From Tubulanus polymorphus (taxonomy: Eukaryota; Animalia; Nemertea), in assembly GCF_964204645.1 (NCBI RefSeq), contig NC_134029.1, forward strand, positions 8,086,850 to 8,150,849: DNA of 64,000 nucleotides, in the 5' to 3' direction. Shown here piece by piece: positions 39,301 to 53,200 of this stretch; within the stretch, counting starts at the first letter, position 1; each line of letters begins with the position of its first letter. The notes under the pieces were generated by a model. The model had not been told where the DNA came from. It saw only the letters and a list, made by a program, of their open reading frames with translations, and searched no databases. The translations under genes were made by a program, and so were the position numbers.

Positions 39301-42300
39301 CGAGTTCTATGTCGGAAGAGACGGCGGAGTCGACGACGGTGAAATATTCCCGGTTCAACTCCCCAGATTCGGGATCCCGTCCTCTGACGCCGTCGCAGTT
39401 GACAGATGCGTTCGAAGCTATCGAGCGAGAATTCGATGCTGAAACAAATGAAAAAACGCTAAAATGTCCGAAAAGAAATGTTCCTCGAAGGAAATCCGAA
39501 TTGGAACGAAACGTTATCGCTAGTTTGCTGGCGGCATCTCCGCCTAAACATGTACAGTATAAAGAGCTGCCTATACCTATAGTTGGGCCACCTCCACCCA
39601 TTACTCCGGCACCATCTCCAACATTAGATTTAATCGTTGAACCACCGCCACCGCGAACGCCATCGGTGTCTCCAATATGTGTTGATAATGTTCATGCTTC
39701 TCTAACACCATCTACTGACAGTATTAACAACCAAAACGCTGCTGCTGAAGTTACGTGTTCAAATGATGTAATCAATGAGAAATCGAATGAAGATATCGTA
39801 TTCCAACCAGTGACTTCTGTTAAGAACTTACGTCAAAGATTCGATGGCGGGATTGCAAAGGAGGGCTTAATGTCAACGAGGGACAGCACTCCGATTCCTA
39901 CTAGTCCAACTTCAGGTACATCCGAATATTCACATGAACCAACTGTTTTTGATGTTACTCATTCTGGTGATAGCGAGGCAAATGTGAAATTGCTTTCAAA
40001 AACCGTCCTCACTGATACTATGCATTATCTTCCTGAAAAGGAAAACCATAAAGTATCGGTTAAGGATTCAGATAGCTCGAATAGTTTAAGACCTACTGAT
40101 ATCCCAGACCAACAGCCTGATAGGGCGGAAATACAACAAAAGATTCTCACTGGTGCCGAAAGTCCACTATTGCTTTTATCGAAACAAAAGTTGCGCAAAA
40201 TGCCTCCCACTGTAAATTACGTTTATGACAGCAAAGCCGACACAAGGAAACTCATTCCTAAAACCCCTGTATCTGTACCATCCAGCCCTGAACCATCCAG
40301 TACTGAATCACTTATACAAGCAAAAACTTCTAGGCCTGTTCATACTGAGAGAATTGCACCGGAAATCCTAGCTTCAAACCCTGATGATCAGGATCACGGA
40401 GTGGTGGAAAATGATAAAGTGAAAACTCATCTATCACCATCGCATAACCCAGTATTGAAGCATTATCTAAATGCTGAATACAGCTATAAACCGGATTTGG
40501 GTATTACCGGCTTCGAAGACGTTTCGAATATTATATGCGTCGATGGAACGGTTATGACAGATGAAGTTGTGCAGAAAGAAAAAGTGTACGAAACAGTCAA
40601 GACGAAAAAAAAATCGAATGAAAATAATCAGGATGTGGATTCAGGTATTTTTGTAAAACGTGAAAAGCCAAATAATATAACCAATGGAAAGGTGATTCCC
40701 TCAAGTAATTCGAAAACTCAGGCAAGCGACAGTGTTGTTTTAGATAGTAAAGTACCAATAGGAATAAACAGAAACAAAACGGTTCTTTGGAAGGAAAATG
40801 GAGACGAAAGAAAATTAGACCCTGATTCCGAATTGGGGGTGGTTCTAAATAGTAAAGTTCCGACCAGGCCGTCTAATGTAAGTACGTCGACTCCCTCAAA
40901 TTCAGACGATGAAAGGATTGTTCACGCGACGAAGCCAACTGTTCAGCCGGATTTTCTTCCTGTACGAGAAAATCAGAGTAATTTTAACACCGACGATGCC
41001 ATGTCTAGAAGTTACGATTCTATCGATAGTATTTTACGCGAAGACGGACTCACGAACGATGTACTTATGTGGGATAGTGGAATGGCGAGCAGCGTCGCTA
41101 GTCCTCCCCTGATGAATACGAGTCAAAATTCAGAAATGAGGACCGGATTAATTTCCGAAGACAGCGGTAATGAAGAAGCTAAACAACCTATCGGGGAACG
41201 TCCATCGCGGCCGCCATCGTACTCTCCTCCTCCCGTGCCCCCAGCCCTGCCGCCATCTTCTCCCGAACAAGCGAAACAACAATCTTCGAATCGCAGTTCT
41301 AAGAAGCCTCGGCCGGAACCGCCGCTACGAACTACCAGTAACATCAAACCGTTGCGATCGAGTTTCGAGCGAAAGGTAAACGCTGTCGATCTACCGGTGA
41401 TCAAACCGTTCAATTTCAAGAATCCGCGCCTCGGACTGAAAGCGGCTCCGCAAAAAAACTCAACTGGATCGTCGTCTAATACGAATAGTAAACCGCGTAC
41501 TAGCGATCAGCTCGTACACCCAATGGTGAACGGTCTCGCCATGAAGAGCGCAAAAACATGTATCATTGAGCCGACCGCGCACGGCGAACGCGTCAACGAC
41601 GGACCGTTTCAGATAGACGTCATGAGAGGCGTTCTCGGCATCGGTCTGAAATTTGCAGTGACCGCCGACGGTTATATACGTATTACGGATATTGACCGAA
41701 ACAGTTCGGTCGAACGCAACGGAAATATCAAGTAAGAGATGAAAAATTCTTGCCTCCTGAAGCTGTAATTACAATGATTTGGTTTGATTCATTACTGCTC
41801 AACACAGAAATCAAATTCCATTGCAGTACAGCCCACTTAATTTGGATCAGTTAAGAATATTGAATATAATTGGTTGTTGAAAAATCTGGATATGAAATTT
41901 TACATGCATTCATAAGATCAAAATCAGGGCGAACTTCTGTTATCGGAGTTAGTCGACTACTGTTAAAGTGAAACTGAATGGCAGTTAGTCAGAACTATGG
42001 TCGGAAATGGTTGACCACGGGATTGAGCATGGTTGCTGTAGTTGAGCCCTATTTCTAAGATCACTGACACTGTGAAATGCAACTGAACTAAATGCATTCT
42101 GTTACTAGTTCCGACCACTAGTCGACTAACTGTGAAAAATGCAGTTCGCCTTGGATGATCCAGAAGGCGAGAATATCATAGAATATCGGCCATCTTTTAT
42201 ACAACGGGCAGTTTATTTGATATTGAGCCTTTCAACATAATGCAACTGTTAACTTTGATTTTTTTCTCATATACGTGCTCCATATGTTTCTTACAGAGTT

Positions 42301-45300
42301 GGTGACTATCTTCTTTGCGTGAACAGCGTAGTATTAACAGGCATGTCGAAATCGCGGGTTGACCAGACATTACGATTATTACCGAAGGGCCTGATCAGAA
42401 TGTTACTGTCGGTAAAACCTTTCGACCATCGGAAAAATATTCAGTCTACAGGTATATAATTCAAAAGAGTAATTTTATTTAGGATGGATTCGTACGATAT
42501 GATTCTATGCCTACTGACCGTAACTATAATCAGTAACTAATAACGAGTTTTCCAAACTTTATTCACGTTTATGCTAAGAAATGTTGAATATCTTATTTGC
42601 AGATTCACATCTTACTAACGAACTTAATAATGTATGTTTTAAATCATTGTGTGTTTATATATTCCGGGTGTATTTTCCATTCCCACCCTTGCAGCGCTCC
42701 TAATTATTAACATTCATTTTTCCCTTGTTCCTATATGGCTGTGGTGAGAACATCGTTATCATTTGCATAGTCGAGTTCTCATTTTACATTCTCGTATCGT
42801 GTCATATCAATTTTCAGTTCAGTTCACTGCATAATTCTGTGTGATTCGATCTGCGGATTCCATTCCGATTTGAATATCTACATTAGATGATACTTTCACT
42901 GTGCAAATGATATCTAGGGGTTATTTCATTGCATGATAGAGGGCTGAATTACGTGTTAGTTGATGCCAAAAGTTTTATGTTATTTAAAACGTAAAAGATC
43001 GATAAAATTATCTTACAGTATTTTCTATATGGTTGTGAGCATAGTGCAGTCACCCATACGTCGAGGTTGGTTCAGAGCTATCTCAGTTTTCCTGCCTCTT
43101 TTGATTTTCGTGGAATTTGGGGCTAACGATTACACGGATTCACGCATCAGTGCTTTATATAAAACCCAAACCTAGGTTGTGGATTTAGATTTCGAAAAGT
43201 CTTATTTGCCACCCTGGGTCAATCAATGAACAATGTATCTGTTCCGTCTTTTATATTACTGCTGTAACAGAATTGGTGTAAGTTTTTAAGAATCTTTCCT
43301 CTTTCTTAGTTCCGTTCGTCTCAACGGCCGTAAAGGGTTCTCCAATAGTGTAAGGATTTGTATTGTGCGTACGGACATTCTGACGATTCCATATCATTTG
43401 ACTATCGAGGTCAATACGAAAAAAGAAATACGTCTAGTCTGAAAGGAAAATTAATTTCTGACTCATGCAAATGATCTGGTTTTGTTGAAATATGTTTTGC
43501 ATGCTAGTTGTTGAGTTGTGACATATTGGCAGGTGATGAGGTGACTATACAAAATTTAATTGTTCTAAAAACGCATAAACACATATACAATCATTGAAAT
43601 ACTCAATACTTTTAACTGTCAATTATAACTCCACTAAATCATAATTGCATGAGTTATGTATAAGCTCACCAGTACAAGCACATACATATTGCAGATTTGT
43701 TTTTAGATTCGTTCACTATATGGCAGCACTTTCAGCACCTTCTTTGGTATTAAATGATGGATTCATAATTGGAATTCTGCAGTGTTGACTCTAGGGGCTG
43801 TTCAATAATTACGCTACATATTTTTGGGGACATTTTGATACCCCACCTCCTTGTAACAAGTTGTAACAAATATTGACTATTACGTAAAAACTGTTACACT
43901 GCCCCTTCAATTATTTGCTAAAATCTTTATCATGGTGCCATTTTGAAACATTATGCTATGATCAGTACCATTTTTATGCCGTCATGTACAGTATTGATTA
44001 AATGTTTTACAGTTCCAGTTAAATAAAGCATTATCATTAAAAAATGGTCCAATGATCCACTCCTGCCTAGTTTCATTCCAAAAAGGTTGCTCAAGATTTT
44101 TCTACTGAGAAATTCCAACATTTTGTCATGTAACGGAAGTTGCGACACTATCCCCTCCCATTGTAACAGAGTCTGTATAACAAACTTTTTGACATATCCC
44201 ACCCCCATATACATGCCATAATTTTTTTAACAGCCTTTAATGAACAACATGGACAGTTGTTTGTAAGATTCGAATCCAGAGTCAACGTTCGTTGATTTTC
44301 AATACAAACTATAGAACTGGTCCCTGTAACTTTCACTGTTTCAATAGCCCACTAATTGAAGTAAATAGACAGATGAATGAACAGATTCACTACAAAAGTG
44401 TTTGTATTTTATATTTTAGGAGCAGCAGCCTCAAGTGGTTTCGAGGACAAAGAGATTGCTGCAAAAACAGCCATACCCATGAAACATGCAACAACAACAA
44501 CAACAACAACAACAGACGACAGGAAGGCACGTGGCAACAATGCTGACTTCACAACTAAAACAACAGTTAATCACACAGTTGATGTCGGTTTTGGAATGAA
44601 ACAGGCAGCACTAAGTGATTATAGCATGATTCCAAATCGTTCTCTGTTGCATGCAGAGTTACTGACAAAAGTAAAGCTGCACGTCCCTTCACCAGGCGAC
44701 AAAGTCGATCTCAATTACAACATGAAGAAACCTGATAATGTTGTATATTCCAGTTTTGCCAATTCGGCCGTACCACCTTTAAGACAAGCTCATCTCTCTC
44801 TTACCGAAAAGGAATTAGATTCAGATACCAAACCAAAAACGAAATGCCCTGCTGGAAATTCACCTTTATCCCTAGTCCACAAGGAGTTACTTTTGAAGTT
44901 TAGAAAATCGAAAGTGAAAGCTGAAACTGATATTCCATCTACAAGGAAAGATGTAATGACAATTCACGATAAGCCAGATCGATTGGATGTCAACCCTTCT
45001 AAAAATGTTCTCATTAGTAAGGTTACAACTTCCAATCCTCTGAATTATCCGTGTGGTATGAGGCTGAAATCTGAGTCAATGACGAATTTGCACGAATTGA
45101 AGAAATTAGTGAACGATGAATTGATCACTCGCTGTGGCGTGAAAGATATGGATGGTCTCGGATCAAAAATGGAATTCCACCTACCAGTAAGCGCAGGAGA
45201 CAAGCTGGAGGACAATAAAAACTGTTGCACAGGTGAGAGTGTTGATGAAGTATTCAATAGTGCTTTGGAGAAATGTACTAATACATCATCGACTGGTTCC

Positions 45301-46320
45301 TCGAAGACTGTATCTCCATCGACAGAAAAATCTCTTGATCACAAAACTCGGAACGATACCGTAGAAATAGCGGATACTCCAACAGTGAAACCTAAACCGT
45401 TACCGCGAACTAAACATTTAGCCATGAAACGACGCCTTTCTGAACAGTATTCCAAAACAGTTCCGGCAACTGAGGTAAAACCTCGCCGTCAGTCAGAATC
45501 TTATAGTCTGCATGTATCAGATGAACTAAACCAGCCATTTATTACCGGTAATAACGAAACAATTTCTAAATGCGGCACATCAGTACCAGTTTTTTCGCGA
45601 GAGATTAGTATCGAAATGATACCGGCTGATTCACCGGACCGTTTAGATATCAGTTCATCATCTAAATATACGTCAGTATTGACTGATCTTGAATACAAGC
45701 ATAGTGAAACGTCTGAGTTACCAATGTTTGGCAGTAGTTCAACACTACCTGGTGCAGCTAGTATGACTATGGAAGTACAATTAAGCAAAGGCGTTACGGG
45801 TCTCGGATTCTGTATCGAAGGTGGAAAAGGATCACCCTTAGGAGACCTACCAATCAAAGTTAAACGTGTCTATAAAGGTAACATATTCGTAAAAAGTTGA
45901 TAGAAATTCACTATTAAATGTAATAGTGAAACTATCATAGACGGCAATATGCAAGGGCAGATCTAGGGTTCTTTGAAGGGGTGGACCTGAAAATTGGAAT
46001 GGGCACTTGATTTGAAAAGGGCAGATTTGGCAATCTGAGGGCTGCAAGCAAAACTTTGGTGGGGGAATCTGGTGACCTTCCCCCAAAAGATTTAAGACTA
46101 AAAGTATATACTAGGTATTTGTCTAAGTTATGGAGGTGAATTTATACATTTGTCTGTATTTGTAGGTGGTGGAGCCGGTGTGTCTGTGCTAAAGAGAGGC
46201 GATGAAATACTGAAAGTGAACAATATCAAAGTGGCAGGAATGAACCATTTCGAGGCATGGAACGTTCTTAAATCACAACCGCAAGGCACGATAAATCTTT
46301 TGATACATCGTGTTGCGTGA
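22220..46320 (+). CDS. Large multi-PDZ scaffold of the PDZD2 / pro-interleukin-16 / Drosophila big bang family, 10 coding exons, ~2564 aa
   Basis: Exons 22220-22565, 22951-23071, 23449-23524, 23618-23702, 29240-29289, 33723-35312, 38073-41731, 42297-42451, 44420-45877, 46166-46320 (7695 nt, GT-AG, phases consistent). Four clear PDZ domains (EKLGMGL, ESLGLNV, LGIGLKF, GLGFCIEGGKGS). The last one, GLGFCIEGGKGSPLGDLPIKVKRVYKGG...GDEIL...GMNHFEAWNVLKSQPQG, carries the IL-16/PDZD2 signature. Exons 6-10 are secure; exons 1-5 rest only on splice signals and phase. Confidence 0.85.
25351..27116. mobile_element. Foldback-type non-autonomous DNA transposon with 575-bp terminal inverted repeats
   Basis: 25351-25925 is a near-perfect reverse complement of 26542-27116 (AATAAACCATTTTACAGTTGCTAGCCGCCATTTTG ... 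CAAAATGGCGGCTAGCAACTGTGAAATGGTTTATT). The 616-bp spacer has no credible ORF. Lies in intron 4 of the PDZ gene. Confidence 0.9.
29336..29616. mobile_element. piggyBac-like MITE (TTAA|CCCTTTCAG...)
   Basis: TTAA-CCCTTTCAG start, internal TACACCGCACTGCGGTGTA hairpin, decayed right end before TTAA. Homologous to 49107-49365 and to fragments at ~12450-12534, ~15113-15215 and ~23297-23390. Confidence 0.65.
30312..30361. repeat. Imperfect (AT)n microsatellite
   Basis: About 25 dinucleotide units with two interruptions. Confidence 0.85.
31756..31939. mobile_element. Tc1/mariner/pogo-like MITE (TA|CAGTAG ... CTACTG|TA)
   Basis: Terminal CAGTAG..TCCGCTC / GAGCGGA..CTACTG flanked by TA on both sides. 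Confidence 0.55.
31995..32303. mobile_element. B-box-TIR MITE family, full copy 2
   Basis: CGGCAGGGATT-GATGGCATTG ... CAATGCCATCAGGTTCGAATCCCTGCCG. The internal CTGAAATA.AATGGGATTTCTGATTGGCT is shared with 5230-5567. Confidence 0.8.
32343..33046 (+). repeat. Recent 347-bp direct tandem duplication
   Basis: 32343-32689 and 32700-33046 are identical apart from two A/G differences seen by eye. The 10-bp junction AAAACTTGAA repeats the first 8 nt of the unit. Confidence 0.92.
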
Positions 46321-49106
46321 GAATTGTACATATCGTATTAATTGTGTTTGTTGCCAGTTGCGCTTTTATTGGAAAAGTATTTAAAAATTTTATTCATCAA
46401 ACAGATGTCATGATATTTCAATGAGACATTCAGCTATTCATATTGTAAATGAAAAGATGATACTCTTGGAGATCCAAAACTTTGGAGTTTCAAATCGGGG
46501 CTAGTTGCCCAGTCATGGCTTAAATTTAAGACCAGTCATCTAAGACCAGCTTAGTTTTATGGGAGTTCTACAGTCAATCTAACAAAGAAATATTTGATAA
46601 CTCTTTTGGACTTAACTCATGATTGAGCACCTGGCCCTTGGGTTTTCATATTCACATTTTCAGTATAGGTCGATCTTTGGATAACTTGAGCCCTTTTCAA
46701 TTGTGTTCTGGAAGATGAATATCATTCTCAGTAGAAGTTTTCTCTGTCATCACAGAAACAGAAGAAATGGCAGAAAATTCAAAACGCGGCTATAGAAATT
46801 CCTCATCTTGAAGAGAACAATTGAAAGGGTACATTTCGAGTAATGTAGTTAACAATCCAACTACAATTATTTGTTGATAGTATTATATTAGTCTAAATCA
46901 GGTCACATATGTATTACAGATTCTTATTTTTCAATATTGTACAGTGTCTAGGATAAGTCCAATTGGTCTGATAAAAATGAAGAAATGTGGACATATTTGA
47001 GAGCTTTGCATTATACTTCGTGGTTGGTTCCCAGAGATATGAAAATTGCAACCGTCTAGACTTGTATACTGGTATTTAAGTATCTGCTGAATTTGCCAAT
47101 TCCAGATGGAGAATATTTGTGATTAGTAGAAATAGATTTTTGTTATGTACATGCAGTTCTTATTATCTGGAAAGAGCTAATGTGGAGTTTCTTTTTCCCT
47201 ATCAGTATATCATAGAATAGAGATGACCTTGAATGATAGGCAATAAGAAAATTGTAATTGAAATGTGATTAAAAGTTTGTTGTTGATGGAAAATAGTACA
47301 GGGAATCTTTTTGAGTTTTGAATTTGTCCTGAAATTGACCTAAATCGTACATGTGCAGCAGGTATCAATCTGTGCAGCCTGAACCTGATTTTATGTTCAA
47401 TACTTTATCACTCTACCTGACATTCTTGATTAACATACCGTTATGGACAAAGGCCAGATATTTGTCATTTTGTCACTGATCGTCTATATTTTTCGCCCAA
47501 CAATGGTGAATGCCTGAGTGGAGATTGATACCTGCATTACATACATATCAAGTTATAATATAGGGTTGAACCAAGATGTTCTTATTAGTATTAGAAACAT
47601 GTTGGTTGATCATTGCTGTTTTTTTTTTTTCAATGAAATATTGGTGCTTTTCTATATACTACATGTAATTTAATTTAGTTACCTTAAGCTGTGATTTCTA
47701 AGTTGATAATAAATTGTTCTTGAATCAGTTAATAATTCAGCAGTTATGTATGTTCATGAGATATGGCTTCAATTCATTCCATCAATGCTGATCTTTACCT
47801 TCACCGAGACTCGATCCACATGACAAGAGAATCACAAATAGGTTATTTTCATGCGTTCAGAACCTCACTCCAGACATTTATGATTGAAAATGAACTAACT
47901 TATGGACTTTAAGTAGCATATTGTATACAAAAAGTGATTGTAAAGACTTGATAAGTGAATTTTCCGATTTTGAAGGCATTTTAATGGAGTCGTAGGGATC
48001 CGGCAGGTTATGCATTAAACAGAGCCTGAAATCTGCTAAACTCTGCAGTCAAAATGCTTAGAACTAATATTAAGACAACAGATGGTATTCTATTTACATA
48101 TAGTCATTGTTTATTTTTGACATGAAATCACATAGTTCCTTGTAGTAAAGGATTATGGAATCAATCGTACAATAAATCCTTTGATTCAAAAGTATCGACA
48201 TCATCAGTACTGCTTACATTCAATACAGCTGTATTTGTGTAAAATATGACATCAGAAGGCAGGAATGAAGTATGATAGTTTTTTAAGGCATGTATCGAGC
48301 GTATTCACTTTTCTCACATCCTAGACCATTCTTGTAATGAAGGAAAAATGCGCAGCTGGGCATTTGCAGTTAGGGTGTCCGAGATGCTCTGTATCTTTTG
48401 ATTGGTTAGGAAGGTGCATGACGGATTCAATAAACCACTTCATAATAAAACTTTCGCTGTTATTCAGAGCATTTGTCACAACACAACACTTTATATTATA
48501 TATGCTTCACGCTTTTTCATATTTGACCATGATGATTCAAGAGCAGCTCGAACAGAACATCTTGCATCTATTTTGGCTCTTATGGCACTAGAATCAGCAA
48601 ATTTCAACAAAAAAGGTCTACTTCAAAAAATACACGTGTACGACACATTGTAGACACTGTTACCAGTACCGTACAATTTAAATGTGAGTGAATCTAATAG
48701 CTAAATACTGTATAATACATATAGTCTTGTACCTTACCCAGGTACAATATTGATCATCTTCGAGACCACCAATGCTGTTTAAAAATATCTTTTAAAAAAA
48801 TGCTTCCAATTCATAGCAAATAAGAAAAAAGTTCAAGCAAATACGGTTAATTTTCCGAGAACACAATATTTCATTGGAGTACAAAATGTATAACTTGCGA
48901 CACCATATTATGCAGAAAAGAGTTGATAGAAAACCAGACACGTTTGCCCAGAGAAAGGCATTGAACTAATTAGTACAAATTATACGAGGCAGACAGAATT
49001 CATAACAGTAAAGCTACTAGGTGGTGAACAGTACAACTATGTACAAAATAAAGCAATAATAGTATACCGGCTCAATTCTCCGATGAAAATGGTACAGAAA
49101 TATTTC

Positions 49107-49365
49107 TTAACCCTTTCAGCATGTTTACACCGCAGTGCAGTGTATAAATGGGTGATTGACTTTGCTAGTACACTGCACCGCATTGCGGTGTATTGATAGA
49201 AATGGTAATTAGTTATTATCTATATTAAGCACCTGTTTAATTGAACTTACACCATGCTGTGGTGCCCGTTATTCAACACACTGGGGTGGATTTTTGTTTA
49301 GAATTTGCAAATTATCCCCAGCACTTTCAGATATTATTAACTCATCAGAACTGAAAGGGTTTTAA
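49107..49365. mobile_element. piggyBac-like MITE in the presumed ARIH1 3' UTR
   Basis: TTAA-CCCTTTCAG ... CTGAAAGGG-TTTTAA; same family as 29336-29616. Confidence 0.7.
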
Positions 49366-50201
49366 TATTAAATGTATTGCCGATACATAATTCTATCAGA
49401 ACCGGAAAACTCACGGAATTCACAACATCAGAATATTTGGTATACGACACTTCGATATTTAATTACCTGGTAGATGATACCGTTCAACTTGAGATAATCG
49501 CAAGGATATATTCAATTAAAGTAGCTCTATGGAAAAGGAAATGGGAATGGATGAATAGATGAAGGAGCCGATGAAGGACGAGAGAAATGAGACGCAAGAC
49601 CAGAAAATTGGTCGATAATCGAGTGATTCAGCTGCTGCAGCTGAATCATCATCTTATTAAGCGAGTCACCATTGCAGCTAAAAAATATTCTCTTTTTCAA
49701 ATCAAAAATCTAAGTCAATAATAAATATCCAACAACGAAAAAAGTTCTACTGTAACTCGTACATCACGTTCGTCGTAACAATCAATAGTAAGTAATAATG
49801 CAAATCAATTAACTTCTAATTACCGATAATTACTAATATAAGCAACATCCGTATAAACAATTATTAATTCATCATCATCATCATCATCTTAAAAAGGATT
49901 TATGAAACGATCGATTTGATTCTTTTTTCTATGAACGATGCGAGGTTTCGATTTTTTCTCATGATGTCGATATATTTAAACACGCGCACACACACGACGA
50001 TGATTTACCGCAGATCATCATCAGCATCGATTCCCAGGTGCTTCACAGAAGAGTTCACACGTACTAAGTGTTTATCAACAACAATATCGTCGTACGCATG
50101 CTCACACTCGACGCTTCTCGTCACGAAATTCAATAATTGATAATATAACGATCATGTTTTGACTGTTTAATTAATTAATATATATATATTCGTTCGGCTA
50201 T

Positions 50202-53200
50202 TTATAATCCGTCGTGATATTCCCATATGTCTTTTTCGTATCCTTCGTGAACGTGATTCAACAACACCGTGCGCCGACTTTCGCAATACCTGAAAATACG
50301 ATTTAAATAATGAACAATATCATTCGAATCGATTCATCGGTTTTTTTTTTCGCGACAATTAAGTGCTGGATCCGGTTCTGTAGTTTCTAGAAATTCAACA
50401 TTGAAAATGGACTCGTGCTAATCCTCGAGTCTCAGGATCTTGTACATCCTTGCTTGCTAGAGTTTGATTGCCTCACACTTACACAAACCCTGTCCACAGT
50501 TCCTTCTTCGCTACATTACACCACCCAAGATTTTTTGGATCGACAGGTTATGTATTAAACCAATCAAATGCGTTATTTTTCACCAGCAGGTTCGCTCTAT
50601 AAATACCAAGCATCCGATTGGCTAGATATATAGACTGGGTGCCTTGAAGTAGCAACCTTTCCACCAAAGATATCTTGGGCGGTGTAATAGACCATTGAAG
50701 GGTATGTGGCGAGTGTTTCTGTTGGCATATACTTCGGCGGAAGGCAATCAAACCCCGGCAAGCGAGGATGGTTCAGGAATGCTTCAACTTAGTCGAAAAA
50801 GTAAATCAGCATTTTCACATAAGTTTTGTGAAAACAGCGTCTCAGATGCGAAGGTTACCAAAACGAAAATAGGGATAAGGGAATGCTGCTGATGAGGTAG
50901 TTATCCAAAAGCTGAAACAATTTCCATAACATACACCGTAATTCTATGTAAGTCTTAAATGCCCAGTATGCATTCAATTTCACATCGAATTGAATATATA
51001 GTCTAGTCAATAGCAATTCATTAGGAAGAAGTATCTCCTCATGCAATACTTGCCTGTATTTGTCCTGTACTTTTTGTTTAATATCGACTAAAATATCCGA
51101 CGTAATATCTCTTTCTAGATATTCCGATAATTGTTCAGTGGCACATTCTAGATCTCTTTGATTTTCCTGCAATAAAAAAACCGTAGAACTCTTATTCATC
51201 GAAATATCAGTATCTTAGGAGACTCCGTCTGTGACGGGAGCCATTCGCCAAGAATTATAACGTGCCCACAAAAATATTCAAGCACAATACCCCAGTCACA
51301 TTGCAGCAAAGTGGACGTGAGCATGTATTTAAGACTTAAGAAGTATACGACACATACCTCAAAGATAATTGACTGATTATTTTTCCTCAAAAAGAATGCA
51401 AATACATAAGTATACATGAGCGTTTGTCGACATAAACACAGGACATCGACGGCTTTCTTCAGAAACTGTACTTCGATCCACGACATATTGTGCTGCTGCA
51501 TCTCTTCCATTTTCGTTTTTACCGATGCGTACAACTACAAGGCAAATCACATCTTAGTCAATTCCTTATTTTGAAGAGAGAGGGCCTCGTTGCAGAGTTC
51601 CGCCTTGATTAAAATTTCAAGGAAGTGTCTGCTTTCATATCCCAAATACCCGGTACTGTAGACTCCTCCTAAACCAGTACTGTTTATCTCAGTAACCATT
51701 AATTTGGTGGTTATGTAAGCAAATTTTCATCCTATACACTACCTAAACTTTGGTAACCACCTAGTTGGGTAAAAAAAAATCCTGGTCCCAACTGTACTGA
51801 TTTGGGTGTAGTTTACTTTACAGCTACAAACATTTCTTATTGCACATTTCTCAAAATTGAAGGAGTTTTTAGAGTTTTGGGCATTTTGATCACATCAAAG
51901 GAGTTTCAGGCACCTTTAAAAGCATTTTATGTTCAGAAGGAGTTTTTAAGGAATCAAGGAGTTGTAGGGCTTTGCACGAGTACAGGCTATAATCTAGAAA
52001 GGTATAGCCGATAAACACAGTATATTTGTGAGACTTTTAGCGATATTCGATTGAAGTAGTTTTGATCCAGTTAAGATGCTTCATAAACAAAAGAGCTTCG
52101 ACTTGGAAGAACTTAAGATGGAACTGGTTAAGGTTAACAGGTCGAACTGGTTAAGGTTAAAAGGTCGAAATATGGCAAAGGAGCATTTTTTCCATATCCA
52201 ATACCAAATAAACATACAAGCATGGGTAATAATGTCATTATCTGCAGTATACGTATCAATATTGCATATGGTATACTCACTTCTGTCTGATACTATTAGG
52301 ATTGTTAATTCATAAAATAGATTAGCGGTACCAGCAGAATGTGTATACCACAGAATGGATACATCGTCGATTTTTAACTGGTCCCCAAAGAGACCCAATA
52401 GCTGTGGTTTAATGTACCGAACACAAACCAGCCGATATAATGGATACAAAGTACCAAAGGATTTGATCGAATGAAGTTCTACTGCATTATCATCTATCTT
52501 TGCCGAGTAAATGGTAATAAAGAGACCATATATCCACTGTTTTGGGAGAGATAAGAGATATATTACTTCCCTTTGAAGGAACATTTCGTATCGAGACATT
52601 TTCTTACCTTATGTTCAAACTTTAAGCTTTGCATATGGTTAAGATATCGGTTACAGTAAAACAGATACCTCTGTAATGCTGACCGCGATTTCTGGAAAAA
52701 AGCAAAATAAACAATATTAAGAACAAGTTTAATCATGTAGTTATATATTCGTCATAGAATAGCTTTTCTGACTTTTTCCCTGCATTGAAGAATTCAATCA
52801 ATCAATCAACACAGTCAAATACATAAGACATAAACAAAAACTGTTTGATTTTATGCACAATCTAGCAATCTCCCTGACTTAACTGTTTATAAAATTCACT
52901 GACTTTTTTAGAGAAAAGAATATTCCCTGATTTTCCCCCGGATTTCCAGGCATTATTGGCCACCCCTTTGCAGTTTACATTTATGTCCTGTCCGCATCTA
53001 GACACTTTCTGTCCATCACGCATCATTTGCACGGAAATTTTTTGCCCCGTTTGTATTTTGTAACAGGAATATCAGAAAAGTATACATCATTACCTCTTGA
53101 GCATCTCTTGCTTTCTTGGCTTCGTCTTCGTCGTATCGGTTACAGTTGTACCACGAGGAGCCGTGCGGTTCCCACGGACCGAGACACACCCAGCAGAAAT

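Noticed and set aside
34199-45857. Numerous antisense and alternate-frame ORFs over the large PDZ exons
   Set aside because: Expected shadows of long, relatively GC-rich coding exons; no independent signals.
50889-50930. CTGATGAG...GAAAC hammerhead-like spacing in ARIH1 intron 13 (similar weak hits at ~17077 and ~24998)
   Set aside because: Stems I and II cannot be paired convincingly, or GAAA is missing; consistent with chance matches.
52081-52599. 172-aa minus-strand ORF in ARIH1 intron 11
   Set aside because: No domain resemblance, and the flanking exons already join in frame into the conserved Ariadne sequence (FEHK|LYASVK).
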